The notes below the pieces were generated by a model that saw nothing but the letters and a program-made list of their open reading frames with translations, had not been told where the DNA came from and searched no databases. Below are positions 1-9,807 of a stretch of 64,000 bases of DNA, piece by piece. The DNA comes from Candidatus Dormibacteria bacterium (GTDB lineage: Bacteria; Chloroflexota; Dormibacteria; Aeolococcales; Aeolococcaceae), in contig JBEKKP010000006.1 in assembly GCA_050010655.1 (NCBI GenBank), positions 8,716 to 72,715 on the forward strand, read 5' to 3'. A program made the translations under genes and the position numbers. Within the stretch, counting starts at the first letter, position 1, and each line of letters starts with the position of its first letter.

Positions 1-21
1 TGCATTCGCGATACTTCCCCG

Positions 22-2271
22 ATGCCACGCAGCGGGATCGCGCCAGCATCATTCGTTGCCGCGGTGGTCCTGGTGATCTGGCTGGTATCGGGCGTCGACG
101 TGGCCGACGTCGCCAAGTTCATCGCTTACGAGCTCGCTTTCGTCGGCATCCCAGGAGCGGCATTGTTGTGGGCGGTGCGGGGACGGCGGCTTGGGCCCCT
201 GCTGACGATCGGGCTCGGGTGGCCTATCGGTCAAACGCTCGAGATCCTCGCGTTCAGCGCCACAGCCGCAATCGGCGTGCGCGGCCTGTTTGTCGTCTAC
301 CCGATTGTCGTCGCAGTGCCGTGCGCATTCCTGCTCTGGCGCCGTTCACCGCCGCCGCGTAGCGACACGAGCGAAGAACCGATGTCAGGGCGACTCATCT
401 GGGCAGCGGCTGCAGCGATGACACTCGGCATCGGATACCTCGCATTTGCCTTCATTCCGCAGGCACCACTCCCGTCAACGACGCAGCCCGTCCAGTACTT
501 TCCGGACTTCGCCCACTTCGTCGGTTTGATTGCGGAAGCCATGAACCACTGGCCGGCAACAAGTCCCGGTCTGTCCGGATTCCCGCTGCACTACGAGTGG
601 TTTGTCTTCGATCACATGGCGGCTATCAGCCAGGTGACCGGTGTGGCGATACCGACGATCGCTTTCAGGCTCGACTTCATGCCGACGTTGCTTGTCGTGG
701 GTTGCCAGCTCATGCTGCTGGGCCGGCTCGTCGGACGCTCCTCCTGGACGGGCGTTCTTGCGATTGTCGTGGTGTTCCTGCTCGGACCACTCGATCTGAC
801 CAAGGACATCGACGGACCGACTCCGTTCTTCGACGCGTTCAACTTCCACCTCTGGGCGAGCTGGACATTTGCGTTCGGATTGATGTTTCTGTTCGCTTTG
901 CTGTACCTGCTGACAGAACGGCTTCGTGATACCTCGTGGCGCTCCACAGGGGCTGTTTCGGCGTGGACCCTGATCGCGCTCCTCATGATCGGAGCATCCG
1001 GTGCGAAGGCGACGATTCTCCCGGTCGTCATCGCCGGCACAGGGCTCTATGGCGTGCTCGAACTCTGGCGCCGCCGCAAGCTTCCCGCGAACGCCATCGT
1101 CGCGGTTGTCCTTGGTGCGGTTGTCTTCGTTCTCACCTTCCTCGTCGTATACGGGGGAGGCGTCCCTGGAACGGTGATTCAGCCGTTTGCGCTGCTGTCC
1201 GGCACAGTGCCGGAGGTCGTTGCCGGTCACGTCTCGAGTCATGCACTCCGCGATGTCGCTCGTCTCATCGGTTACGCCATCAGCCTGGCCGCCATCCTTC
1301 TTCCGCTCGCCGGTGCGTTGTACCTGCTCCGGCGCCGGCATCGGGCCGAAGTCCAGAACGTCGCGCTGCTGCTCTGTTTCGTCGCGGCCGGCGTTCTCAT
1401 CGCCAACGTGGCTCACCAGGTCGGAGACAGCGAGCTCTACTTCCTTGACACGGGATACGCGGCTGGGGCGGTTGTCGCGGCGGAGGGTTTGCGTCGTGCA
1501 TGGCTGGATCTCGGCACGGACATTCCGATTTCGAGGCGCGCTGCCCTCGGCGCGTTTGTCGCCTGGATCGCATTCGTCATGGCCGGCGTCGTCATCACCT
1601 CACCTTCGCTCGCGCATCCCGCGGGGCTGCTGTTGCGGTACGCCGCCATCGCGGCCGCGGCCGTGCTCTTCGTCCTGCTCGCATCGTTCGTGGTCAGGAG
1701 GCGCCACGCGCCCGTCGCTGGCCTCATCGCCATCGCACTCATTCCGTTGCTTGCGGTCAGCGCACTGGCGTCGCCGATCCAGCTGGCACCCACTGCAAAG
1801 CGAGTCCTCGACGGCGAACCGATCACGGTGACCGAGCCGGATCCTCAAGTCGTCCGTGGGTTGACGCCAGGGCTGTTGCTTGCGCTCGACTGGCTGCGCG
1901 ACAACACGCCCACCAGCACCGTGATCGCAGTGAGCAACCACTGGATCGACCCCGCCGAGACGAATGGCCGTTACTACTACTACTCAGCGTTCTCCGAGCG
2001 GGAGGTCTTCGTTGAACCGTATAACCCTGTTGCGTATGGGCTGAACTACCCGCCGGAAACTCCTGCGTTCGCGGCCTTCCAATACCGGACACGACTCAAC
2101 GATGCCGTGTTCAATGAGGCCGATGCGGCGGCGCTGCATATCCTGACGCAGCAATACGGTGTTCGCTACCTCTTCATCGACCGCCTGCACCACAATGCCG
2201 ACCCTGCGCTCCTGGAACTCGGCAGAATCGTCTTCAGCGACGATGATGCGACCATCCTCGCGGTGTCGTGA
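22..2271 (+). CDS. Large polytopic membrane protein with hydrophilic C-terminal domain, GT-C-like architecture (paralogue A)
   Basis: 749-aa ORF with ATG at 22 and many hydrophobic segments. It aligns end to end with 13320..15587, for example PLHYEWFVFDHMAA, GASGAKATILPVV and AVSNHWIDPAETNGRYYYYSAFSEREVF. I did not recognise the family by eye. Confidence 0.8.
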   Translation: MPRSGIAPASFVAAVVLVIWLVSGVDVADVAKFIAYELAFVGIPGAALLWAVRGRRLGPLLTIGLGWPIGQTLEILAFSATAAIGVRGLFVVYPIVVAVPCAFLLWRRSPPPRSDTSEEPMSGRLIWAAAAAMTLGIGYLAFAFIPQAPLPSTTQPVQYFPDFAHFVGLIAEAMNHWPATSPGLSGFPLHYEWFVFDHMAAISQVTGVAIPTIAFRLDFMPTLLVVGCQLMLLGRLVGRSSWTGVLAIVVVFLLGPLDLTKDIDGPTPFFDAFNFHLWASWTFAFGLMFLFALLYLLTERLRDTSWRSTGAVSAWTLIALLMIGASGAKATILPVVIAGTGLYGVLELWRRRKLPANAIVAVVLGAVVFVLTFLVVYGGGVPGTVIQPFALLSGTVPEVVAGHVSSHALRDVARLIGYAISLAAILLPLAGALYLLRRRHRAEVQNVALLLCFVAAGVLIANVAHQVGDSELYFLDTGYAAGAVVAAEGLRRAWLDLGTDIPISRRAALGAFVAWIAFVMAGVVITSPSLAHPAGLLLRYAAIAAAAVLFVLLASFVVRRRHAPVAGLIAIALIPLLAVSALASPIQLAPTAKRVLDGEPITVTEPDPQVVRGLTPGLLLALDWLRDNTPTSTVIAVSNHWIDPAETNGRYYYYSAFSEREVFVEPYNPVAYGLNYPPETPAFAAFQYRTRLNDAVFNEADAAALHILTQQYGVRYLFIDRLHHNADPALLELGRIVFSDDDATILAVS

Positions 2272-2304
2272 GGCGCGCATCGCAGCCCCGCTATACTCAC
2301 GGCG

Positions 2305-3267
2305 ATGACAGGGTCGGAACTCGTCAGCGCGAGTGTCCTGGTCATCGGATGGGGCTTCCTGGGATCCGCGATCGGCCAGAGGCTCCTCGCCGACGGGCGC
2401 AAGGTCAAAGGGTTGACACGCTCGCACACGTGGCGATCCGGTGCCGGGCTACGTGCCGGCGCGCACATCATCGTCGGCGACGCGGGCAACGCCGAGCTCC
2501 TTGACGATGCGTTGCGTGACGTCGATCATGTCGTCTTCGCGGTGGGTGGGCACTCACCGCCTACCGCAGCAGCGCAGCCTTCGGTAGCGGCAATGGCGAT
2601 GTTGCTGCCGCTCCTCGCCGTCACCGAGGCGCTTCGTGAGCGACCGCACATCGCGCTCACGTACATGTCATCAGGCGGAGCCGTATACGGTAACCCTCTG
2701 CGGCTTCCCGTCAGCGAGGACGATGCAGCGCGACCGATCTCACCGTATGGCGCTTCCCACCTTTCGGCGGAGATCTACGCGCAGATGGCAGCTCGGCGAT
2801 CCGGATCGCTGCTGCAGATTCTCCGCTGCTCCAACGTCTACGGTCCGCATCAAGCGCACGGAGGAGATCAAGGTGCAGTTGCGATCTTCCTGCACCGCAT
2901 CAACCGTGGAGAGCCGATCAAGGTCTTTGGCGACGGATCCGCCTTACGGGACTACGTCTTCGTCGAGGACGTTGCCGGCGTCGTCAGCCGCGTCGTCATC
3001 GATCGCATCGACACCGGAACGGTCAACGTCGCTTCGGGAATCGGGATGAGCGTCCTGGACGTCGCAAGGACGATCAGCAACGCCGTCGGCAGGGAGCCGC
3101 TGATCGACCACCAACGCGAGCGCTCGTTCGACGTGCGTGACATCGTCCTCGACATCGCACGCCTGCAGACATTCCTGCCATACGTGCCAACGGATTTTGT
3201 CACTGGACTCACCGCGACCGCTGCCGCGTATGCGATGGGCATTCCCGAGGTGTCGCCCAAGCGCTAG
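2305..3267 (+). CDS. NAD-dependent epimerase/dehydratase-like SDR (atypical active-site motif)
   Basis: 320 aa with N-terminal Rossmann motif VLVIGWGFLGSAIGQRL and overall extended-SDR layout. The active-site segment reads SPYGASHLSAE, so Tyr is present but His replaces the usual Lys. Confidence 0.8.
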   Translation: MTGSELVSASVLVIGWGFLGSAIGQRLLADGRKVKGLTRSHTWRSGAGLRAGAHIIVGDAGNAELLDDALRDVDHVVFAVGGHSPPTAAAQPSVAAMAMLLPLLAVTEALRERPHIALTYMSSGGAVYGNPLRLPVSEDDAARPISPYGASHLSAEIYAQMAARRSGSLLQILRCSNVYGPHQAHGGDQGAVAIFLHRINRGEPIKVFGDGSALRDYVFVEDVAGVVSRVVIDRIDTGTVNVASGIGMSVLDVARTISNAVGREPLIDHQRERSFDVRDIVLDIARLQTFLPYVPTDFVTGLTATAAAYAMGIPEVSPKR

Positions 3268-4643
3268 CGGCGGTGAGCACCCGCGTGGTCAGGGGTTCCG
3301 ACGCCCTCTCCGAGGCGGAGATACAGATCGCGGTGCGCCTCGAGCATTCGTTCCATCGTGAAACGTTGCTCGAACCGTGCCAGCGCCGCGTTGCGCATCC
3401 GTGCCGCAATCGTCGCGTCGCCGAGGATTCGCGCGATCGATGTCGTCAGCGCACCGACGTCGCCGGGCGGGACGAGGTACCCCGTCTCGTCGTCGATCAC
3501 CGCCTCGGGCATGCCGCCGACATCGGTTGCCACCACCGGAACGCCCTGGCTCATCGCCTCCAGCACCACTAACGGGAGTCCTTCGATCTCCGAAGCGAGC
3601 ACGAAGACGTCGGCCGCGCGGAGCAGATCCCACGGGACGCGCACCGATCCGGGGAACTCCACCCGGCCCGCCACGCCAAGCGCCTCGGCGCGGGCTTTCA
3701 GGGCGGACAGCTCCGGTCCGTCGCCGGCAAGGATCGCGCGGACATTCGGGAACTGCACAGCAAGCTGCGGCATCGCGTCGATGATCACCGCCTGACCTTT
3801 GGTCGGCGTGAAGTTGGCCAGGCAGACGATGACGGGATCGATGGCAGGCAGTCCGAGCCGTTCACGGGCGCCTGGATCGACGCCGTAGGGAATCGAGCGC
3901 GCTCCCCACGGAATGATCTCCATCATCGAACGCGGGAAGCCGCGGGCGACGAGTGCGCCGGCCGGTCGCTCCGCCGGCACGACGAGCGCGTCGAGCGCGC
4001 GCGAGAGACGGCCGTCGACGCGCCGCTCCACCGGCGCGAGGATGCTGCGGGGCATCGCGGTGCTGCAGACCGTCATCACGCAGCTTCGGGCGCAACGTGC
4101 ACCGGCGAGTATCGCAGCCAGCGCACTGGTCGCACCCGGGTAGCCGCCGTTGATGGCATGGAGGACGTCAAGGTCGTACGGCCTGAAGGCGGTTTCGAGG
4201 CGAGGACGGTTCACCGGGAGGCTTGCGTAGCGAAGCGTGTCGTGCCCCACACGCAGCGCCGACGGCGGCAGGCGCAGCCCGAGCGCGAGGCGACGAATCC
4301 GCGAAGGGTGCGACTCCGTGCCGAAGCTGGGCTGCGGACGATCAGTGGGCTCGCGCGATCTCGCCCCGGGAAAGGCGGTCGCAGGCTCGACTATCCTCAC
4401 CACGTGCAACTGCAGATCCCGCCGCTCACGAATACCCAGGAAATCAATGAACTCGCGCCACGGAGGCACGAAGACGTGCACCTCGAAGGTGTCGGTGTCG
4501 ATCCCACGGACCACGTCCCTGACGTAGGTCTCCGCGCCCCCGATGCGGGACGCATGGCTGTAGACGCCGATCCGGATCCTCTCGGCGCCGCCGGGACGCC
4601 GACGCGCGCCGCTCACACCGCCACTCACATCGCGAGCCATCAT
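3264..4643 (-). CDS. Glycosyltransferase family 4 (GT-B)
   Basis: N-terminus IRIGVYSHASRIGGAETY and C-terminal signature EGLPLVVLEAMSQGVPVVATDVGGMPEAV. The stop overlaps the convergent epimerase stop in a shared CTAG. Confidence 0.85.
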   Translation of the reverse strand: MMARDVSGGVSGARRRPGGAERIRIGVYSHASRIGGAETYVRDVVRGIDTDTFEVHVFVPPWREFIDFLGIRERRDLQLHVVRIVEPATAFPGARSREPTDRPQPSFGTESHPSRIRRLALGLRLPPSALRVGHDTLRYASLPVNRPRLETAFRPYDLDVLHAINGGYPGATSALAAILAGARCARSCVMTVCSTAMPRSILAPVERRVDGRLSRALDALVVPAERPAGALVARGFPRSMMEIIPWGARSIPYGVDPGARERLGLPAIDPVIVCLANFTPTKGQAVIIDAMPQLAVQFPNVRAILAGDGPELSALKARAEALGVAGRVEFPGSVRVPWDLLRAADVFVLASEIEGLPLVVLEAMSQGVPVVATDVGGMPEAVIDDETGYLVPPGDVGALTTSIARILGDATIAARMRNAALARFEQRFTMERMLEAHRDLYLRLGEGVGTPDHAGAHRR

Positions 4644-4675
4644 GGCAACTCGGCCGTGCCGTACGGTCGGGGCGA

Positions 4676-5206
4676 ATGATCCTCGATCTCGGCTGCGGCT
4701 CCAAGAAGCGGCCCGGTGCGACTGGGGTCGATATCAACCCTGCGTCGGGCGCGGACGTCATCCATGATCTCGACGTCGTTCCGTATCCGTTCGAAACCTC
4801 AAGCGCCGACGAGATCTACCTCGACAACGTGCTCGAGCACCTGGCCAACGTCGTCACCACGCTCGAGGAGATTCACCGCATCGGGAAGCCGCATTGCCTT
4901 GTGCGGATCGATGTGCCGTACTTCCGCTCGCGCTGGGCTGCCGTCGACCCGACGCACCGGCACGCGTTTGCGGTGGACTCGCTCGGATACTTCGACCCGA
5001 ACCACGTGTTCTTCCAGCAATACCACTATTCGACGGCGCGCTTCTCGATAGAGCGTGTGACATTCAACGAGCGATTCCCGTCAACCGGCGCGCGTGGCCT
5101 ACTGGCTCGCGCCGCGAATCGATGGCCGGAACGCTACGAGCAACACGTCTCGTCGGTGCTCCCGCTTGACGAGTTGACGTTCATCCTGCGAGTGGTCAAG
5201 GAATAG
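4676..5206 (+). CDS. Class I SAM-dependent methyltransferase (small)
   Basis: 176 aa with ATG at 4676 and motif I ILDLGCGSKKRPG. The later DNVLEHL segment is typical of Methyltransf_11-like proteins. Confidence 0.75.
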   Translation: MILDLGCGSKKRPGATGVDINPASGADVIHDLDVVPYPFETSSADEIYLDNVLEHLANVVTTLEEIHRIGKPHCLVRIDVPYFRSRWAAVDPTHRHAFAVDSLGYFDPNHVFFQQYHYSTARFSIERVTFNERFPSTGARGLLARAANRWPERYEQHVSSVLPLDELTFILRVVKE

Positions 5207-6965
5207 CCACCCGAGCCATCGGCAGTGTCCAGTCGCCGGGATCCGCGTCGAGGAAGCGCTCGATGTTCGCGAGTGCCTCCTCCTCGGTGTCGCACGGGCG
5301 AAGCACCTGCGCGAACTGGGCAGCGGCTGCAGGCCTGACCACGCAGAAGCGCGGAAACGTCAGTGCCAGGATCGGCTTTCCGAGATGTGCGGTCTCGTAC
5401 AGCGCGGTGCTCGGGTAGTCGGTGAAGACACGCCCAACCCCGCCAACCATCTCCATGAACGGACGGCTCTCATACACGACATTCGCAAGCGCTCGCACCG
5501 CGATGACCGCCGGAATTGGATCGACGGCCTGATCGCTCGACGGGAGCCCCTTCCACATGAACTGCACGTCCGGTCGGGAAGCCATGAGGTCAAGCACGCG
5601 AAGATGCCAGCGGTAATACCAGGCGTCGTCAAAGTTGCAGCCACCGACGTAGCTCGAGTCGCCAAGGAGGAATGACGGCACGTAGCAGACGGCGCCCGCA
5701 CGCTCTGTCTGTGTTGACGCGGCCCCATGCAGCGATGCGATGCGAGGCGCGTAATACGTCACACGCGGCGCGACGACGCCGAGCTTTGCCGCAGCCGCTC
5801 CGAGCTCCTCCGCCATAGTCGGGTCGCTCGCAGCGAACTCGTCGAAGTCCACGGTCTGCGTGATCAGCCACGATCCATACGAGAGCAGATGATCACCGTG
5901 TTGCACGAGCACCCGAGAGATGCCCTGAGTCTTCGCGGCAATCAGGAACGTGAACTCCTCCAGTGAGCTCGGGTTCGCCGCAGCAAGACGGTCGATGTGG
6001 AATCGCGAGATCTCACGCCGCGCGCGTCGCGCCGCGACCGCGACCGCCACGCAGATGCCGCGCAGGAACACCGCCAGCCTCGTCTCGAGAATGGCGGAGG
6101 CGCCGGCGACACCCGCCCAGGCATCGAGCTCGGCGAGAATCGGACGCGCCGCCGGCGGCAGCGCGGTCACCGCACGGACCGTCAGATCGAGGCGCCGGCC
6201 TGGCGCATGACGCGGTGGGATCCCCGGATCGATGACGCGGGTTGACGCGCCGCCACGAGTGATGAAGACCGTTTCGCGGCCGGAGGCCCGCTCGTCCGTC
6301 GCAAAGTGCTCTGCTCCGTATCCCGCGTACCACAGCATCAGCGTTGTGGAGGCGTGCGGGCGAACGATGTGTTCGCGGTACACACGACGATACGGACCGA
6401 GCGAGCGAGAGAGCTCGCGCCGAAGCCGCGCGCGCAGCGACACGGCTGCACCAGCTGTGACCACTTGTGTGTCGACATGCTGCGCAGTGAACGGAAGTGA
6501 TCGGGCTGCTGCGATCAAGGGGAGGAGCCGGGCGGCGAGTGGCACGTCACCGAGACTCGGCCAGAACTGCAGGTGACCGTTGTGATAGCCGGTGGTCTCG
6601 ACAGGACCAACCTTGCCGACATAGGTGATTGCGCTCGGCGTCAACGCGTCGACAGCGCCGGCAAGCATCCGCGCGCTCACCACGAGTGAGTCCACCGACG
6701 GCACGATCATCTGCGCGCACGACCGCGCAACGCCGTCGAGATGACACGCGGCGTCGAGACGCTCGAGCCAGTCGATGAGCCAGCGCTGATAGGGAACGGG
6801 CTCGCGGCACAGTTCCGGCTGACTGGTGTGGTCGTCAAGCACCGATGGCGAGAGTCCGTCTCGGCGGCATGCCTCAAACGCGGTCGCGGTGAGTGCCACC
6901 ACGGTGCCGGGATCGGTGAGCCGGTATTCGCCAGCGTCGTGAACGAAGATGGCGGGTGCGGCCAT
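5196..6965 (-). CDS. Uncharacterised soluble protein of the glycan locus (possible GT-B-like C-terminal half)
   Basis: The track ORF is 5196..7169. I place the start at the ATG at 6965 (MAAPAIFVHDAGEY), which leaves a 77-nt divergent intergenic region. No TM segments. The C-terminal stretch VFTDYPSTALYETAHLGKPILAL loosely resembles nucleotide-sugar or CDP-glycerol transferase C-termini. Confidence 0.55.
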   Translation of the reverse strand: MAAPAIFVHDAGEYRLTDPGTVVALTATAFEACRRDGLSPSVLDDHTSQPELCREPVPYQRWLIDWLERLDAACHLDGVARSCAQMIVPSVDSLVVSARMLAGAVDALTPSAITYVGKVGPVETTGYHNGHLQFWPSLGDVPLAARLLPLIAAARSLPFTAQHVDTQVVTAGAAVSLRARLRRELSRSLGPYRRVYREHIVRPHASTTLMLWYAGYGAEHFATDERASGRETVFITRGGASTRVIDPGIPPRHAPGRRLDLTVRAVTALPPAARPILAELDAWAGVAGASAILETRLAVFLRGICVAVAVAARRARREISRFHIDRLAAANPSSLEEFTFLIAAKTQGISRVLVQHGDHLLSYGSWLITQTVDFDEFAASDPTMAEELGAAAAKLGVVAPRVTYYAPRIASLHGAASTQTERAGAVCYVPSFLLGDSSYVGGCNFDDAWYYRWHLRVLDLMASRPDVQFMWKGLPSSDQAVDPIPAVIAVRALANVVYESRPFMEMVGGVGRVFTDYPSTALYETAHLGKPILALTFPRFCVVRPAAAAQFAQVLRPCDTEEEALANIERFLDADPGDWTLPMARVAIP

Positions 6966-7042
6966 TGCGTCGAATGCTAACCTGAAAATGAACGGGTACA
7001 GTACGTATCCCGTCGCCGGCTCGACGGAGGACCGACCGATCG

Positions 7043-7849
7043 GTGGATGACTGGATAGCGCAACAAGCGGACACGGAAGCGAGCAGCTGGGAAACCTCCA
7101 TCGCACGCTTCTACCCGCAACATGCGGACGTGTGGACTGATCCCGCAAAGCAGGTCCACGCCGTGACACACGAGTGGAATTTCCTTGATGCGCTGGAATT
7201 TGTTCCGTGGCGCGCGCTCATGCGCGGTCGCGAACTTCGCGTGCTTGACCTCGCCGCAGGGACGGGTTGGCTCTCTGCGTATCTGTCCCGATTCGATGAG
7301 ATCGCCACCATTGATGCTCTCGACTCGAGCCGAAGCAACCTCGATGTCATGCTGCCCGGCGTCGTTGCACGCATGGATGGCATTGCATCGAAGATCCACC
7401 CGATTCGCGCGCTCTTTGCGCCGTTGCTCGTTGCAGACGGGACCTACGATCTCATCGTTGCGAGCTCCGCGCTCCACCATGCGCCACGAATGGCGGACGT
7501 CCTCGAAGAGTGCCATCGGGTCGTCAAGCCGAACGGTGCGATGGTGCTCCTCAATGAGACTCCACTCGACACCGCGCGATACCTGTACAAGATGGCGCGA
7601 GTCGGCCTCGGGATCACGGTGCAGTCCATACGTGGCAATTACGTCGCGTGGTCACCGTCCATTGCGAGCAGCGGCATCCTCTACGACCCGTATCTCGGTG
7701 ACGTCGCGTACTCGTTCAACCAGTGGCGGTCGGTGTTCGCGCAGACCAAGTGGTCGTACCGAATCATCCGGACCGGGCTGAGCAGCTACAAGCGTCCATC
7801 GCCGCGCCCCGCGCATCTCACCCACTTCGTGCTGCGCCCACTGGCCTGA
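7043..7849 (+). CDS. Class I SAM-dependent methyltransferase
   Basis: 268 aa with a GTG start, motif I VLDLAAGTGWLSAYLS and post-I/II-like segments DLIVASSALHH and KPNGAMVLL. Confidence 0.75.
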   Translation: MDDWIAQQADTEASSWETSIARFYPQHADVWTDPAKQVHAVTHEWNFLDALEFVPWRALMRGRELRVLDLAAGTGWLSAYLSRFDEIATIDALDSSRSNLDVMLPGVVARMDGIASKIHPIRALFAPLLVADGTYDLIVASSALHHAPRMADVLEECHRVVKPNGAMVLLNETPLDTARYLYKMARVGLGITVQSIRGNYVAWSPSIASSGILYDPYLGDVAYSFNQWRSVFAQTKWSYRIIRTGLSSYKRPSPRPAHLTHFVLRPLA

Positions 7850-7863
7850 AGCTGGGGCCCTCC

Positions 7864-9150
7864 GTGCGCGTCCATTACCACACCGACTGTTACTGGTTCG
7901 GCGGTAGCGAGGTTGTCCTTCTCCTTCACGTCGAAGCCGCCTTCGCGAGCACGGATATCGAGCCGACCTTCACGTACCGCGCGGGACGTGACTACGAGAC
8001 CGGCCTGCGCGCGCAGGTAAGCTCGCGAGTCCGGGCAACGCGCCTCCGCCTCCCGGATCCCGCCGATCTCAAGCAGGCGCTCACACGCGGTCGCACACCG
8101 CGCACGGCAAGGGTGATCCGCGGAGGCATCTCGCTCCTGCCGCTCCGCCAGCTCTGCATGGCGTGGGATATCGGTCGCTTCTACAAGGCGTTTCGTGCCG
8201 AACGGCCAGACGTCGTGCACATCAACAACGGTGGATATCCCGGCGCGATATCGTGCAGCGCGGCCGCGATCGCGGCCCGCCTCGCAAGCGTTCCGGCAGT
8301 CGTATACGTGGTGAACAACATCGCGGTGCCGTACGAGCGTCCGAGTCGCGTGCTTGACTATCCGATTGATCGCATGGTCGTCCGATCCGTGGATGTCTTT
8401 GTCACAGCGTCGAGGATTGCGTCGAGCGCGCTCGAGTCGGTGCTGCGATTGCCTCCCGCGCAGCACACGGTGATTCCGAATGCCGCGGCGGCGGGCGACG
8501 GCGGATCGCGCGAAAGCGCGAGACATGCGCTCGGTATCCCGAAGGATCGCCTTGTCCTCCTGGTCATGGCGCGGCTCGAGCAACGGAAGGGACACGCGGT
8601 TTTGCTCGACGCCATACCGTTGCTCCCCCCCGGGATCCGCGACCGCGTGCTCGTGCTGATCGCGGGCGATGGGCCGGAGAAGGAAGGGCTACGCCAGCGC
8701 GCCGAAGCCCTGAACATCGGCGCATGCGTGCAGTTCCTTGGTCATCGAGAGGATCGATGGTCGCTGTACGCGGCCGCCGACATCATCGTGCTGCCGTCGA
8801 TCAGTCACGAGGACATGCCGATCGTCATCATCGATGCCATGGCCGCGAGTCGCCCCGTTGTCGCGACACGCGTCGCAGGTATCCCTGAGCAAGTGGTCGA
8901 CGAGGTGACTGGGCGCCTCGTTCCTCCCGGCGACTCTGCCGAATTGGCGAATGCGATCGCCGCCGTCCTCGCGGACGATGAAGGTCGGGCCAGGATGGGC
9001 ATCGCTGCGCGCGAGCGATATGAGGCCAACTACACGCCGCAAGGGTTCGTGGATGCGTATCGACGCGTGTATGCCGCGGTGCTCGCGCGCAAGCGGGGGG
9101 ACGTGTCACATGACGCGCACACGACCGAACGAGAGCGCGCATGCACCTGA
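7864..9150 (+). CDS. Glycosyltransferase family 4 (GT-B)
   Basis: The track ORF starts at 7723 inside the preceding gene. I prefer the GTG at 7864 (VRVHYHTDCYWFGGSE, a typical GT4 N-terminus). C-terminal signature HEDMPIVIIDAMAASRPVVATRVAGIPEQV. Confidence 0.8.
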   Translation: MRVHYHTDCYWFGGSEVVLLLHVEAAFASTDIEPTFTYRAGRDYETGLRAQVSSRVRATRLRLPDPADLKQALTRGRTPRTARVIRGGISLLPLRQLCMAWDIGRFYKAFRAERPDVVHINNGGYPGAISCSAAAIAARLASVPAVVYVVNNIAVPYERPSRVLDYPIDRMVVRSVDVFVTASRIASSALESVLRLPPAQHTVIPNAAAAGDGGSRESARHALGIPKDRLVLLVMARLEQRKGHAVLLDAIPLLPPGIRDRVLVLIAGDGPEKEGLRQRAEALNIGACVQFLGHREDRWSLYAAADIIVLPSISHEDMPIVIIDAMAASRPVVATRVAGIPEQVVDEVTGRLVPPGDSAELANAIAAVLADDEGRARMGIAARERYEANYTPQGFVDAYRRVYAAVLARKRGDVSHDAHTTERERACT

Positions 9151-9803
9151 ACAGCGTGCTTCTGTTCCGTCGCTACCTCGCGCCGCTGTTCACGGCGGGC
9201 AGCCACGTGCTCGAGATCGGCCCTGACGGCGACCCGTCGACGTACCAGCGGGAGGTCACCGCGTCGGTGACATGGTCCACAGCCGATCTCGCTTCGGAGG
9301 TGAACGCCCAGGGCGGTCGTCTCTGGGGAACCGGCAGCGGGAGCGAGCTCACGTATCGGATGACGTCGGAGTACGAGATCGAGGCGCCGGACGGGACGTT
9401 CGACATCGTCGTCTCGGGGCAGGTGATCGAGCATGTCCGCAAACCGTGGGTCTGGCTCCGCGAGCTCGCGCGGGTCTGCAAACCCGGTGGGCTCGTGCTG
9501 ACGGTCAATCCCGTCAGCTGGCCATATCACGAGGCGCCGATCGACTGCTGGCGCATCTATCCGGAGGGCATGCGAGCGCTCTGCGATGACGCGGGGCTCA
9601 CCGTGGAGTTGTCGCTGTACGAGAGCCTGGAACCGCGACCCCTCGCGTTCTATCCGGGCAAGTCCTACAACGCCGGCCGGGGACCGAGGGGACGGGCGCT
9701 CAACAAGGTCAAGGCGGTCACCGGTTACCCACTGACCATCGCGTTCGATGCCGTGACGATCGCCCGCAAACCCGCAGCCCCCACCGCCTCCGGAAGCAGC
9801 TAG
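9141..9803 (+). CDS. Class I SAM-dependent methyltransferase
   Basis: 220 aa with VLEIGPDGD (motif I-like), FDIVVSGQVIEHV and KPGGLVLTV. The ATG overlaps the GT4 stop by 10 nt. Confidence 0.7.
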   Translation: MHLNSVLLFRRYLAPLFTAGSHVLEIGPDGDPSTYQREVTASVTWSTADLASEVNAQGGRLWGTGSGSELTYRMTSEYEIEAPDGTFDIVVSGQVIEHVRKPWVWLRELARVCKPGGLVLTVNPVSWPYHEAPIDCWRIYPEGMRALCDDAGLTVELSLYESLEPRPLAFYPGKSYNAGRGPRGRALNKVKAVTGYPLTIAFDAVTIARKPAAPTASGSS

Positions 9804-9807
9804 ACCG

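Noticed and set aside
475-1416. Numerous 100-440-aa ORFs antisense to or overlapping the called genes, for example 475..1416, 15753..16835, 36631..37737, 37071..38543, 39308..40405, 41052..42647, 52273..53754 and 55276..56604
   Set aside because: All lie opposite or out of frame to genes with strong motif support. They translate to Arg/Pro/Gly/Asp-rich sequence and lack independent start or SD context. Such ORFs are an expected artefact of about 67% G+C.
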